A stretch of 64,000 nucleotides of DNA, taken from contig CAVQKE010000003.1 of NCBI GenBank assembly GCA_963713045.1, positions 1,184,001 through 1,248,000 on the forward strand. The letters run 5' to 3'. Shown one piece after another: positions 40,820-50,018 of this stretch (position 1 is its first letter; each line of letters starts with the position of its first letter). The notes beneath the pieces were generated by a model that was not told where the DNA came from, searched no databases, and saw only the letters and a list, made by a program, of their open reading frames with translations. The position numbers and the translations under genes were made by a program. This stretch comes from an uncultured delta proteobacterium. Its GTDB lineage: Bacteria; Myxococcota; Myxococcia; Myxococcales; Myxococcaceae.

Positions 40820-42238
40820 ATGGAAGCCGTCACGCCAGCGACGCCCATCCCGAACGAAGGGCTGTGGAGCTCCCTCAAGGAGGCCGTTCGCGGCTCACAC
40901 CGAGACTTCACCACCGGCTCCATCCCGCGCAGCATCTTCCTGCTCGCCGTGCCCATGGTGCTCGAGCTGGCGATGGAGTCGGTATTCGCCGTGGTCGACG
41001 TCTTTGTCGTCTCACGGTTGGGGCCCGACGCGGTGGCCACGGTGGGACTCACCGAGTCCTTGCTGGTGCTGGTGTACGCGGTGGCCATGGGGGTGGGCAT
41101 CGGCGCGATGGCGCTCATCGCCCGCCGGGTGGGGGAAAAAGACACCGAGCGGGCGGCCCGGACGGCGGTGCAGGCAATCGTCCTCGGGGTGCTGCTGGCG
41201 CTGCCGGTCGCCGTCACCGGGGTCACCCTGGCCCGGCCACTGCTCAGGCTGATGGGCGGCAGTCCCTGGGTCTTGCAGCACGGCGTCCGCTACATGCAGG
41301 TGATGATGGGCAGCACGCTCAGCATCACCCTGCTTTTCCTGGTCAACGCCATTTTCCGCGGGGCGGGCGACGCGGCGGTGGCGATGCGCGTCTTGTGGCT
41401 CGCCAATGGCCTCAACTGCATCCTGGCGCCGTGCCTGGTGCTCGGGCTCGGGCCTTTTCCCCGCCTCGGTGTGGTGGGTGCCGCGGTGGGCACCACCATC
41501 GGACGAAGCTGCGGGGTGCTCTACCAATTCTGGTGCCTGTCCCGCCCGGACAGCCGCATCCGCCTGCAGCGTCGCCAACTGCGCATTGAATGGAAGACCA
41601 TCCTTCAGGTGCTGAGTCTGTCCGGCAGCGCGACGCTGCAGATGCTGGTGGGAATGGCGAGTTGGGTGGGCATGGTGCGCATCATCGCCGCCTTCGGCAG
41701 CACGGCACTGGCCGGCTACACGGTGGCCATGCGCATCGTCATCTTCGCCCTCTTGCCCTCGGCCGGTTTGGCCAACGCAGCCGCCACGCTGGTGGGCCAA
41801 AACCTCGGGGCCCGCCAACCCCAGCGTGCCGAGCGCAGCGTCTGGCTGGCCGCGGCCTTCAATTGTGGCTTCCTGCTCGGCGTCGGCCTGCTCCTCCTCG
41901 GCTTCGCCCCCGGGTTGATTCACTTCTTTACCCAAGACCCCGTCGTGGTTGGCTATGGCGTCAGCTGCTTGCGCATTGTGTCGCTTGGCTTCGCCTTCTA
42001 CGGCGTGGGGATGGTGATGGAGCAGGCACTCAACGGTGCCGGCGACACCCGGACGCCGACCCTCATCAACTTCGGCTGTTTCTGGGCGCTGGAGCTGCCC
42101 CTCGCCTGGGGCCTGTCCCACGGGCTGGGGCTTGGGCCGAGCGGTGCCTTCTACGCGCTGTTGGCGGCCTTTTGCAGCGTGGCCGTCGCCGCCGGCCTCG
42201 TCTTCCGGACGGGTCGGTGGAAATTGCGTGCCGTCTAG
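40820..42238 (+). CDS. MATE family efflux transporter
   Basis: LAVPMVLE, FAVVDVFVVSRLG, IFRGAGDA, LVGQNLGA and NGAGDT motifs; about 12 TM. Confidence 0.93.
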   Translation: MEAVTPATPIPNEGLWSSLKEAVRGSHRDFTTGSIPRSIFLLAVPMVLELAMESVFAVVDVFVVSRLGPDAVATVGLTESLLVLVYAVAMGVGIGAMALIARRVGEKDTERAARTAVQAIVLGVLLALPVAVTGVTLARPLLRLMGGSPWVLQHGVRYMQVMMGSTLSITLLFLVNAIFRGAGDAAVAMRVLWLANGLNCILAPCLVLGLGPFPRLGVVGAAVGTTIGRSCGVLYQFWCLSRPDSRIRLQRRQLRIEWKTILQVLSLSGSATLQMLVGMASWVGMVRIIAAFGSTALAGYTVAMRIVIFALLPSAGLANAAATLVGQNLGARQPQRAERSVWLAAAFNCGFLLGVGLLLLGFAPGLIHFFTQDPVVVGYGVSCLRIVSLGFAFYGVGMVMEQALNGAGDTRTPTLINFGCFWALELPLAWGLSHGLGLGPSGAFYALLAAFCSVAVAAGLVFRTGRWKLRAV

Positions 42239-42248
42239 GGGGGCCCCC

Positions 42249-42310
42249 AAAAAAACACCCGCCTGCCCAATGGCCAGACACTGCGCCTCCAGCCACCAGG
42301 CGGCGGGTGC
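42249..42310 (-). terminator. Rho-independent terminator
   Basis: Minus strand GCACCCGCC...GGCGGGTGT long interrupted stem followed by a run of seven T. Confidence 0.7.
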
Positions 42311-42415
42311 ACAGCCTTTGCGCCGCCTCCGAAGCCGCGGAACCTCTGGTTACGCCGCGCCCGGAGAGGTGGCGCCTTGATTGTCGTGGTTCAAGGCATC
42401 ACCTCCTCTCGCCCC
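42249..42415 (-). ncRNA. Candidate structured small RNA (Pxr-like), possibly dual-function with a 14-aa ORF (42394-42350)
   Basis: Three stem-loops: 42366-42405 (sequesters AGGAGGTGA), 42323-42340 (cUUCGg loop), and 42256-42310 followed by T7. A TGGC...TTGCT sigma54-like element lies upstream at 42442-42426. Confidence 0.55.
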
Positions 42416-42699
42416 GTAGGGCAGAAGCAATCCTGACAGCCAGCTTCTCCGCCCGCAAAGAAAAACGCTGCAAAGCCGCCCTCACCCGTCGACCCACAAC
42501 CGTCACAGCCGCCTGTTTGCCCTTGTCTGCTGAGGCCGTCGGCCAGCCGGGGAAGCTTGGTCCCCCCCCCCGCGTCACGCCCCGCCGTCTGGATGCGACG
42601 GGACTGGATGAGAGGGGCGGGACAGGTGTCTTACCCCTCCAGGCGGGAGGGCGGCGGCGCGCTTTTCCCAGAAGGCCCCAGGGGGGTGGCCGGCGTCCG

Positions 42700-43755
42700 C
42701 TAAGCCTGTTCGGCGGCCAGCGCGCGCATCGCTTCGGTAATGTCCGCCAGCTGCGGCACCGACGCCGCCTCGAGCGCGTCGGCCAGTCCAATGCCCGGAA
42801 CGAATTTTCCGGCGAGCAGCCGCGGGGCGGCCATCAGCTGGTAGAAAAGCTCCTCCACCGTGCGCCGGACCAAATGCTCGCCGAAGTTGGTGACTTCGGT
42901 GTCCTCGTTCACGAAGAGGACTTTCCCCGTTTTCTCCACCGAGGCTGAAATGGCCTGCCAGTCGTAGGGCCAAAGCGAGCGGAGGTCGATGACTTCAGCG
43001 TCGATGCCCTCCTCGGACAAGGCAGTGGCCGCCCGGAGGCACAAGGGAAGCGTGCGCCCGTAGCTCACCACGCTGAGCGCGGAGCCTTGCCGGACCGTCT
43101 TGGCCTTGCCAATGGGCACCGCGTAGGCCTGAAGCAACGGCCAGTCGGGCTTCCACATTGAGCGGTCGCCGAGCGGGGCGTCAATCATTTTGGACAGCGC
43201 CCGCTCGTCGCCTGGCTCGCCCGGAATCAACTCTTCCCCCTTAATCCGGAGCAGCGCCTTCGGTTCGAGGTACAGGACAGGGTTTTCGTCCTGGCAGGCC
43301 GACAGCATCAGGCCGTAGGCGTCGAGCGGGGTGCTCGGCATGACAATTTTCCAGCCGGGAATGTGGGTCGCCGTCGCGTCAAAACTGTGCGAGTGGTAGA
43401 TGCTGCCGCGGATACCGCTGCCCACCGGCGTCTTCACCACCATCGGCAGGTTCCAGTCTCCGTTGGTGGCCCAGTAGGTGTTGCCCGCAATCTTGAGTAA
43501 ATCGATGGTGTTGTAGATGTAGTCGCAGAACTGAATCTCAGCCACCGGGCGCTGACCGGCCATCGCCAGGCCCATCGCCACGCCAATTATCCCGCGCTCG
43601 TCGAGTGGGCTATTCCAGGCCGTGCGCAGCCCTTGGGTCGCGGTGAAGACACCGCCCAGCGGTGGCCCGACGTCCTCACCGAAGACGTCGGTGACGCCCA
43701 GGTGGTCCTCGGCGTAGTGCAGCGCCATTCGGATGGCCTGTGCCATGTTGGCCAT
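42700..43755 (-). CDS. 2-oxoacid (probably branched-chain) dehydrogenase E1 beta subunit
   Basis: FGEDVG..GGVF, SPLDERGIIG, AEIQFCDY, YHSHS and EVIDLRSL motifs. Confidence 0.92.
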   Translation of the reverse strand: MANMAQAIRMALHYAEDHLGVTDVFGEDVGPPLGGVFTATQGLRTAWNSPLDERGIIGVAMGLAMAGQRPVAEIQFCDYIYNTIDLLKIAGNTYWATNGDWNLPMVVKTPVGSGIRGSIYHSHSFDATATHIPGWKIVMPSTPLDAYGLMLSACQDENPVLYLEPKALLRIKGEELIPGEPGDERALSKMIDAPLGDRSMWKPDWPLLQAYAVPIGKAKTVRQGSALSVVSYGRTLPLCLRAATALSEEGIDAEVIDLRSLWPYDWQAISASVEKTGKVLFVNEDTEVTNFGEHLVRRTVEELFYQLMAAPRLLAGKFVPGIGLADALEAASVPQLADITEAMRALAAEQA

Positions 43756-43757
43756 GG

Positions 43758-44786
43758 TCAGGACCTTTCCTTGTAGATGTTGTTCCAGATGCTCTCCGGA
43801 GCCGGCATCGGCTCGTCGCGCACCTGCCGCGCCAGGTCTCCAATCTCCTTCATCCAGCGCGCGCGGACCTGGTCCATGTCGGCCCGGCTGAGGATGCCCT
43901 GTGCCTCCAGGACTTCCTCGAAGGCGGCAACACAGTCCACCTCACCCGAGACGAAGTTCGCCCCGGAAGCACTCGAATGCCCGTAGAGGCGACTGACCAT
44001 CGCCTCCATCAGGAAGGGCTTGCGCTCGCTGCGCACGTAGGCAAAGGCCTCTTTCAGCGCGAGGTAACTGGCCACCGCGTCGTTGCCGTCCACGCTCGCC
44101 GTGCGCATCCCGAAGGCCTTGCCTCGGTCAGCGATGCTGCGCGGGCCCTGCTGCGTCGAGGCCGCGGTGGAGATGCCCCATTGGTTGTGGGTGACGACGA
44201 TGAGGATGGGGAGTTCCTGCCCTGGACGGCTGCTCCACACGAGGCAGCTTGCAAAATCCCCTTCCGCCGTGCCTGCGTCGCCGCCGGTGACGATGGTGAT
44301 GCCGTCGCCGCCGAAACGCTTCTGTGCCAGCGCCGTCCCGGGGGCGATGACGTACTGCACCTCGATGGGGGAGCTGATGGGCGCAATGTTCCAAGCGCGT
44401 TTGGTGAAGTGACCGGCGAAGTTCCGCCCGCCCGAGTAGGGGTCGGTCGCCGTATTCTTCATCTGCCGCAACGCTCCCAGCGGCCCCTCCCCCAGCGCCA
44501 AGATGGTGGCCGACTGGCGGTAGTGGCCGTGAAGATAGTCGTAGGCTGGACCCTGGCCCCGTTTCATCAGCAGGCCCAGGGGCACGTTGAAGGCTTCCTC
44601 GCCCGGGCCACCAATCCAAAAATAGCCGTGCCCGGCCTTGTACATCTGGATGAGGCGCTCCTCGAGGACGCGCGCCTTCACCATCAATTCATGCAGCCGT
44701 ACCAGCAGCTCACGGTCGATGCCGAGAGCCTCATTTTCGGCGCGGACAAGCTGTGGACGGGGGCGGTTAGGGCCTCGTTCGCTCAT
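43758..44786 (-). CDS. 2-oxoacid (probably branched-chain) dehydrogenase E1 alpha subunit
   Basis: GPGEEA, HYR, TPP motif GDAGTAEGD...HNQWGIST, VDGND and RLYGHSS. Confidence 0.92.
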   Translation of the reverse strand: MSERGPNRPRPQLVRAENEALGIDRELLVRLHELMVKARVLEERLIQMYKAGHGYFWIGGPGEEAFNVPLGLLMKRGQGPAYDYLHGHYRQSATILALGEGPLGALRQMKNTATDPYSGGRNFAGHFTKRAWNIAPISSPIEVQYVIAPGTALAQKRFGGDGITIVTGGDAGTAEGDFASCLVWSSRPGQELPILIVVTHNQWGISTAASTQQGPRSIADRGKAFGMRTASVDGNDAVASYLALKEAFAYVRSERKPFLMEAMVSRLYGHSSASGANFVSGEVDCVAAFEEVLEAQGILSRADMDQVRARWMKEIGDLARQVRDEPMPAPESIWNNIYKERS

Positions 44787-44874
44787 GGGCCTCCTCTACC
44801 AGAGTTTGAAGGCACTTCACTCGACGCGGCGCACCGCGCGGCCCGGCGCTCAGGTTACAGTCCCTTTCTTGGCC

Positions 44875-45408
44875 ATGGTTCCCCCCCTCCTCGAGGCTGT
44901 CCGCGCCAGAATCCGAGACGTCCCGGACTTTCCCAGGCCTGGAATTGTCTTCAAAGACTTGACGCCGGTGATGGCTGACGCCGCCTTGTTTCACGGCGTG
45001 ATTGCCGCCTTGGCAGCCCGGGTGGCCACCCTGGACGTCGAGCGCGTGGCGGGGATTGAGGCCCGTGGCCTCATCTTCGGCGCAGCGCTGGCCTACGCCC
45101 TGCGCCTGGGCTTCGTCCCGCTGCGAAAGGCCAGCAAGTTGCCGCGCGCCACCCACCGGGAGGCGTACGGGCTGGAGTACGGACGCGATGCCTTGGAAAT
45201 GCACACCGACGCACTTTCAAAGGGCGAGCGGGTCTTGGTGGTGGACGACGTGCTGGCCACCGGCGGAACCGCCCTGGCCGCCCGCACTTTGGTGGAACGC
45301 GCTGGAGCAACCGTCGCTGCGTTTGCCTTCGTGGTGGAACTCAGCTTTCTCAAGGGCGCCGAAAAGCTCGGCGCAACGCCCCTGTACGCACTCCTTCAAT
45401 ACGACTGA
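44875..45408 (+). CDS. apt: Adenine phosphoribosyltransferase
   Basis: ATG 44875; IRDVPDFPRPGIVFKD, EARG, RKASKLP, LEYG and VVDDVLATGGT motifs. Confidence 0.95.
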   Translation: MVPPLLEAVRARIRDVPDFPRPGIVFKDLTPVMADAALFHGVIAALAARVATLDVERVAGIEARGLIFGAALAYALRLGFVPLRKASKLPRATHREAYGLEYGRDALEMHTDALSKGERVLVVDDVLATGGTALAARTLVERAGATVAAFAFVVELSFLKGAEKLGATPLYALLQYD

Positions 45409-45416
45409 GAACCGCC

Positions 45417-46409
45417 ATGCCCGACACCTTCCGCGCACTGTACGCCGAGCCAGTTGAGGGGCGCCCCCGGGTCACCCTCGTTGAGTTAACGGACGAGACA
45501 CTTCCCCCAGGAGACGTGACGCTGGACGTCCTCTACAGTTCCCTCAACTACAAGGATGGCCTGGCCCTCACTGGGAAGGGCAAGGTGCTTCGCAAGCTGC
45601 CCCTCGTCCCGGGCATCGACGTCGCCGGAACGGTCCGCGCCTCCACCTCGCCGCGCTTTCGGCCGGGCGACCAGGTGTTCGCCACTGGGTGGAACCTCGG
45701 CGAGTCCCTCTGGGGCGGCTACACCCAGCGCACCCGCCTCTCCTCGGCCATTCTCCAAAGACTGCCCCCCGGGCTGGACTTGAAGCGGACGATGGCTCTC
45801 GGGACGGCAGGCTTCACCGCCATGCTGTGCGTGGAGGCTCTGGAGGAGGCAGGCGCGCTCAAGAGCGGCCGCGAAGTGGTGGTGACCGGCGCCGGCGGCG
45901 GCGTCGGTTCTGTGGCGGTCGCGCTATTGGCCACCCTGGGACAGACGGTGGCCGCCTCCACCGGCCGGCCGGAGTTGCGGGACTGGCTCACCAGCCTCGG
46001 TGCGGCGAGCCTGGTGGACCGGAGCGAACTCGCCCAAAAAGGCCCGCCGCTGGCGAGCGAGCGCTGGGGCGCCGGGGTGGACAGCGTCGGCGGCCAGACG
46101 CTCGCCACGGTTCTCAGCCAGACCGCCTACCGGGGGGCAATCGCCGCCTGCGGGGTGGCTGGGGGGGCTGAGCTTCCTGCGTCCGTCTTTCCCTTCATCC
46201 TGCGCGGCGTGAAGCTTCTCGGCGTGGTGTCGGTGCTGGTGCCGATGGAGCAGCGGGAGCGTGCCTGGAAGCGCCTGGGGGAGCTCCTGCCCAGGGAGAA
46301 GCTGGACGGCTGTACCACCGTCGTCCCGATGACGAGACTGTTGGAGCTGGCGCCGGACATTCTCGCCGGGAAGACACGCGGCCGCGTGGTGGTGGACGTC
46401 AACGCTTGA
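45417..46409 (+). CDS. YhdH/AcuI-family MDR oxidoreductase (acryloyl-CoA reductase-like)
   Basis: YSSLNYKDGLA, GTAGFTAML, TGAGGGVGS and PFILRGVKLLG motifs. Confidence 0.88.
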   Translation: MPDTFRALYAEPVEGRPRVTLVELTDETLPPGDVTLDVLYSSLNYKDGLALTGKGKVLRKLPLVPGIDVAGTVRASTSPRFRPGDQVFATGWNLGESLWGGYTQRTRLSSAILQRLPPGLDLKRTMALGTAGFTAMLCVEALEEAGALKSGREVVVTGAGGGVGSVAVALLATLGQTVAASTGRPELRDWLTSLGAASLVDRSELAQKGPPLASERWGAGVDSVGGQTLATVLSQTAYRGAIAACGVAGGAELPASVFPFILRGVKLLGVVSVLVPMEQRERAWKRLGELLPREKLDGCTTVVPMTRLLELAPDILAGKTRGRVVVDVNA

Positions 46410-46436
46410 CGGGCGCGCTGGGTGGAGGGCAATCCA

Positions 46437-47399
46437 ATGAAGACAGCTTCTGTCCTCCTCACCCGCCGCTTCCCAGAAGCGGTGGAAGAGCGCGTCGAGC
46501 GCCACTACCGCGCGCTCTTCAACTTCGAGGACCGGCCGCTGCCGGCCGACGAGATTGCTGCTCGCAGCGCGGACGCCGACGCCATCCTGTTGTCCGTCAC
46601 GGACCGCTTTTCGCATGACTTGCTTTCGCGCCTCAGTCCCCGGGTGCGGGTGCTGGCATCGGTCTCGGTCGGCACCGACCACATTGACCTCGCCGCGGCC
46701 CGCGACCGGAATCTGTACGTCACCAACACGCCGGACGTGGTGACCGAGGCCACGGCGGACATTGCCCTTTTGCTGCTGCTCGGGGCCGCCCGGCGAGCCA
46801 GCGAGGGAGAGGCGTTGGTGCGCAGCGGCAGCTGGACCGGCTGGGCGCCCACCCAGCTGCTCGGCCGTGGGTTTGCCGGCAAGCGCCTCGGCATTGTGGG
46901 AATGGGCCGCATCGGCCGCGCCTTCGCCGCGCGCGTCCGCCCCCTCGGCGTCGCCCTTCACTACCACGACACGGCTCGGCTTCCCCCCGCCGTGGAGCAG
47001 GGCGCCCAGTACCACGACACGCTGGACAGCCTCCTTCGGGTGAGCGACTTCCTCTCGCTGCACACGCCGGCCACGGCGGCCACCCGACACTTGATGAATG
47101 CCCGCACCCTGGCGCTTTTGCCGGAAGGGGCCGTCCTGGTGAACTCTGCGCGCGGCGACCTGGTGGACGACGAGGCCCTTCTCGCCGCGCTCAGAAGCGG
47201 GCGCCTCTTCGCCGCCGGACTGGACGTCTATGCCGGTGAGCCGGCGGTCCACCCTGGCTACCGGACGCTTCCCAACGTCTTCCTGTTGCCGCACCTGGGG
47301 ACGGCGACGCTTGAGACGCGGACGGCAATGGGCTTTCGGGCCTTGGACAACGTCGACGCCGTCCTGGCTGGCCGCGAGCCGCCTGACCGCGTGGCCTAA
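46437..47399 (+). CDS. D-2-hydroxyacid dehydrogenase (glyoxylate reductase-like)
   Basis: VTNTPDV, GMGRIG, NSARG, GLDVYAGEP and PHLGTAT motifs. Confidence 0.92.
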   Translation: MKTASVLLTRRFPEAVEERVERHYRALFNFEDRPLPADEIAARSADADAILLSVTDRFSHDLLSRLSPRVRVLASVSVGTDHIDLAAARDRNLYVTNTPDVVTEATADIALLLLLGAARRASEGEALVRSGSWTGWAPTQLLGRGFAGKRLGIVGMGRIGRAFAARVRPLGVALHYHDTARLPPAVEQGAQYHDTLDSLLRVSDFLSLHTPATAATRHLMNARTLALLPEGAVLVNSARGDLVDDEALLAALRSGRLFAAGLDVYAGEPAVHPGYRTLPNVFLLPHLGTATLETRTAMGFRALDNVDAVLAGREPPDRVA

Positions 47400-47414
47400 C
47401 GTCGACGGCGCCAG

Positions 47415-48953
47415 TTATTCCCCGCGGGTGGCCTGCGCCGGCGCAGTCGGGCGCACCCAGACGCCGCTCTCGTCCAGAAGGGCGCTTCCAAAATCCAAAG
47501 CGGACAGGCTGCGGATGAGGGCCACCCCTTTCCGCGTCGAGTCCAGGACGGGCCGGCCCGGCTTGACGAGGACCGCCGGCACCAGCGCGACGCGGGTCGC
47601 CACGCCGTTGGGAGCCAACCTCACCTCAAGAATGCCGCTGATGCCCAGTGGCCCGGTGAGGTTGAAGGTGTCCCAGGTGGAGAAATTTCCCAGCGAATAG
47701 GCGATGAGTCGGCCTCGGTAAACCTCGAGTGCCCGGAGCAGGTGGGGACTGCTGCCCAACACCAAGTCTGCACCCGCCTCGACGACGGTGTGGGCGAAGG
47801 CGCGCACGTCTCCACGGTTTTCTCCAAGGAAGGTTTCGACGCCCACGGGCACGCGTGCCGCGCCCACCCCTTCCGCCCCGCCATGGAAGGAGACAAACAC
47901 CAAGTCATGGCGCTTCTTGAGGTCCGCCACCACCTTGCGCGCAATTTCCAAGTCCTGAATGCGGTAGACGTCCGAGCCGAAGGAGAAGCCCACCAGCGCC
48001 ACCCGCCGGCCTCCCACCTCCCAAGACGCGATGTCTCCCAACGGACCGCTGTGGCGGATGCCGGCCGCGTCCAGTGCCGCCATCGTGGAACGACGGCCCT
48101 CCGGGCCGAAGTCCCCGGCGTGGTTGTTGGCGATGCTCATCACGTCGAAGCCGGCAGCATGCAGGCTGCTGGCAAAGGCGGTGGGGACGCGAAAGGCGTA
48201 GCACTTGGTGGACTTTTTTCCGCACTTCTTGCTCTCCCCGGTGTCCGCCAGGACTGTCTCCAGGTTGCCGAAACGGACGTCGGCCTGGGCCAGCACCTGG
48301 CTGACGCCGACAAACATGTCCTCGGCATTGTCCGGCGGAAGGACGACGTGGCCGGCCGGCCAGGCCATCCCCAACTGGACGTCCCCTACCGCGGCCACGG
48401 CGAGGCTCGGCCCTTCGCTGGGGACTTCATCCCGCGGCGGCAGAGGACCGGGGTCCGGCAGGGCGTCGAGAAGACGCAGCTGCCGGACGCGCTCCGTCAG
48501 CTGCGGCAGCTGCTCGGCCAACTCCGGGTAGCTGGAATCCAGGTGCTGCAGCGCCGTCCACGCCTCGAGAGCAGCTTCGTACCGCCCACGCAGCTGCTCC
48601 GACCAGCCCACTTCCCACAGCGCCGCGGCACACTGGGGGTCCACCGCCAGCGCCCGTTTGTAAAGGGCAATGGCCTCCGCGGCACCGCCCTCCCCCTTTT
48701 CGCGCTGCACCGTCCGCCCCTCTTCCACCAACGCCAATGCGCTGGAAGGCTGTCTCGGGGCAGACGGCACGTCCACCGGGGGTGGGGCTGGCTGAAGTGT
48801 CGCCGGCCCGCTGGCGACGGGTACCTCGGCCGCGGGGGGCTGCACCGTGGCGCACCCGGTCACCAGCGCGAGAAAGGCGACCCGGCGGAAGGGGCAGCGG
48901 AGGTTGGAAGGTGGCCCGGGGGGCGACACCCGCAAAAAACGCGGCGTCACCAA
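47415..48953 (-). CDS. TPR-containing CapA-family metallophosphoesterase lipoprotein
   Basis: Lipobox LVTGC; TPR pair; AVGD, GNLE, ANNHAGDFG, SFHGG and YSLGNF motifs. Start uncertain. Confidence 0.85.
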   Translation of the reverse strand: MVTPRFLRVSPPGPPSNLRCPFRRVAFLALVTGCATVQPPAAEVPVASGPATLQPAPPPVDVPSAPRQPSSALALVEEGRTVQREKGEGGAAEAIALYKRALAVDPQCAAALWEVGWSEQLRGRYEAALEAWTALQHLDSSYPELAEQLPQLTERVRQLRLLDALPDPGPLPPRDEVPSEGPSLAVAAVGDVQLGMAWPAGHVVLPPDNAEDMFVGVSQVLAQADVRFGNLETVLADTGESKKCGKKSTKCYAFRVPTAFASSLHAAGFDVMSIANNHAGDFGPEGRRSTMAALDAAGIRHSGPLGDIASWEVGGRRVALVGFSFGSDVYRIQDLEIARKVVADLKKRHDLVFVSFHGGAEGVGAARVPVGVETFLGENRGDVRAFAHTVVEAGADLVLGSSPHLLRALEVYRGRLIAYSLGNFSTWDTFNLTGPLGISGILEVRLAPNGVATRVALVPAVLVKPGRPVLDSTRKGVALIRSLSALDFGSALLDESGVWVRPTAPAQATRGE

Positions 48954-49247
48954 AGTTTGTCCCTCAGCAGCACGTTGCCGTTCTTCAAGGTCGTATCTCC
49001 AGCTTCAACGGGAGGCGCTTCTTCAGCCCTCCAACATCATTCTCCCTTTGGCGCAACACCAGCTTGGTGACGGCGACTTGGTGGGTGTCGAGGAGCCCTT
49101 CCGCGGCCCAACTGGCGGACGATGGTAGCGTTGCCGACGTTGGCGATGGACAGTCAATCGACTTAGCAACGCCCCAATGAAACCCTCCGCCTCGCCGTCA
49201 CCTTCGGCGGCCGTCACTGGCCGGACAGCATCCTCATTTTTCTGGCC

Positions 49248-49282
49248 TTGCGTACAGACGTAGCAAAGTGTACATTTTGTAC
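49248..49282 (+). promoter_or_regulatory. Sigma70 promoter and operator of the TA operon
   Basis: TTGCGT(49248)-N17-TACATT(49271); inverted repeat GTACA-TTT-TGTAC at 49270-49282 overlaps the -10. Confidence 0.65.
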
Positions 49283-49285
49283 CTA

Positions 49286-49558
49286 TTGACCAGCCCTCAT
49301 GAAACGGTCTCTGTTACCGATTTCCGCTCGAACGCTTCCGAGTTGCTCGGGCGTGTCCGTCACGCCAACGAGCGCGTCATTATTCAGAAAAACGGGAAGG
49401 CGGCCGCGGCTCTAATTTCCTTTGAGGAGCTGAAGTACTTCGAACGCCTCGAAGACAAGCTCGACCTTCTCCTGGCGACCGAGGCCGAGGCCGCTGCGGC
49501 GGCGAGGGGTGAAAAGCCTATCCCGTGGAGTGAGGCCAAGGCTCGTCTCGGCTTGTGA
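49286..49558 (+). CDS. Phd/YefM-family antitoxin
   Basis: VSVTDFRSNASELLGRV..ERVIIQKNGKAAAALIS..LED..D and IPWSEAKARLGL. GTG 49268 overlaps the promoter, so TTG 49286 is preferred. Confidence 0.88.
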   Translation: MTSPHETVSVTDFRSNASELLGRVRHANERVIIQKNGKAAAALISFEELKYFERLEDKLDLLLATEAEAAAAARGEKPIPWSEAKARLGL

Positions 49559-49929
49559 ATCGAGCCAAGAAGGCGAAGGGGCGCAAGGCTCCAACCCTGG
49601 CGACGCGACCTTTGCATCCCAGGCTCTACGAGCTGAGCGTTCTGCCAGAGATTGAGAAGGCCATTGGGGGCATTCGCGACGTCAAGCTGAAAAAGCGCAT
49701 CGCCGACCGAATTGATGACCTTGCGAAGGACCCAAGAGGCGCCGGATGCAAAGCCATTGGAAACGGCCTCACGCGCGTCAGGGTCGGCGATTGGCGCATC
49801 GTCTATCGGGTCGTCGATGAAACGGTGGTGGTCTGCATTCTGCGCGTGGCTGAGCGCGATGAGGTCTATCGGGACCTTGCGACGCTGGCCAAGGCACTCC
49901 GAGAGCGAGCCGCCGGCTGGAAGCGGTAG
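49555..49929 (+). CDS. RelE/ParE-family toxin
   Basis: IDDLAKDPR..GCKAI..TRVRVGDWRIVYRV..VAERDEVYR; overlaps the antitoxin stop (GTGA). Confidence 0.88.
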   Translation: MNRAKKAKGRKAPTLATRPLHPRLYELSVLPEIEKAIGGIRDVKLKKRIADRIDDLAKDPRGAGCKAIGNGLTRVRVGDWRIVYRVVDETVVVCILRVAERDEVYRDLATLAKALRERAAGWKR

Positions 49930-50018
49930 CTGCTCACGTCCACACCGAGGAAGCGGTGGCGTGGCTCTCCCCGCTGTGGGCGAAGCCATTCGCTTCACAA
50001 GTTCCGCCGCCCTGGGAG

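Noticed and set aside
42398..42408. 16S rRNA 3' end (ATCACCTCCT)
   Set aside because: No flanking rRNA sequence; it is the complement of a strong SD on the minus strand.
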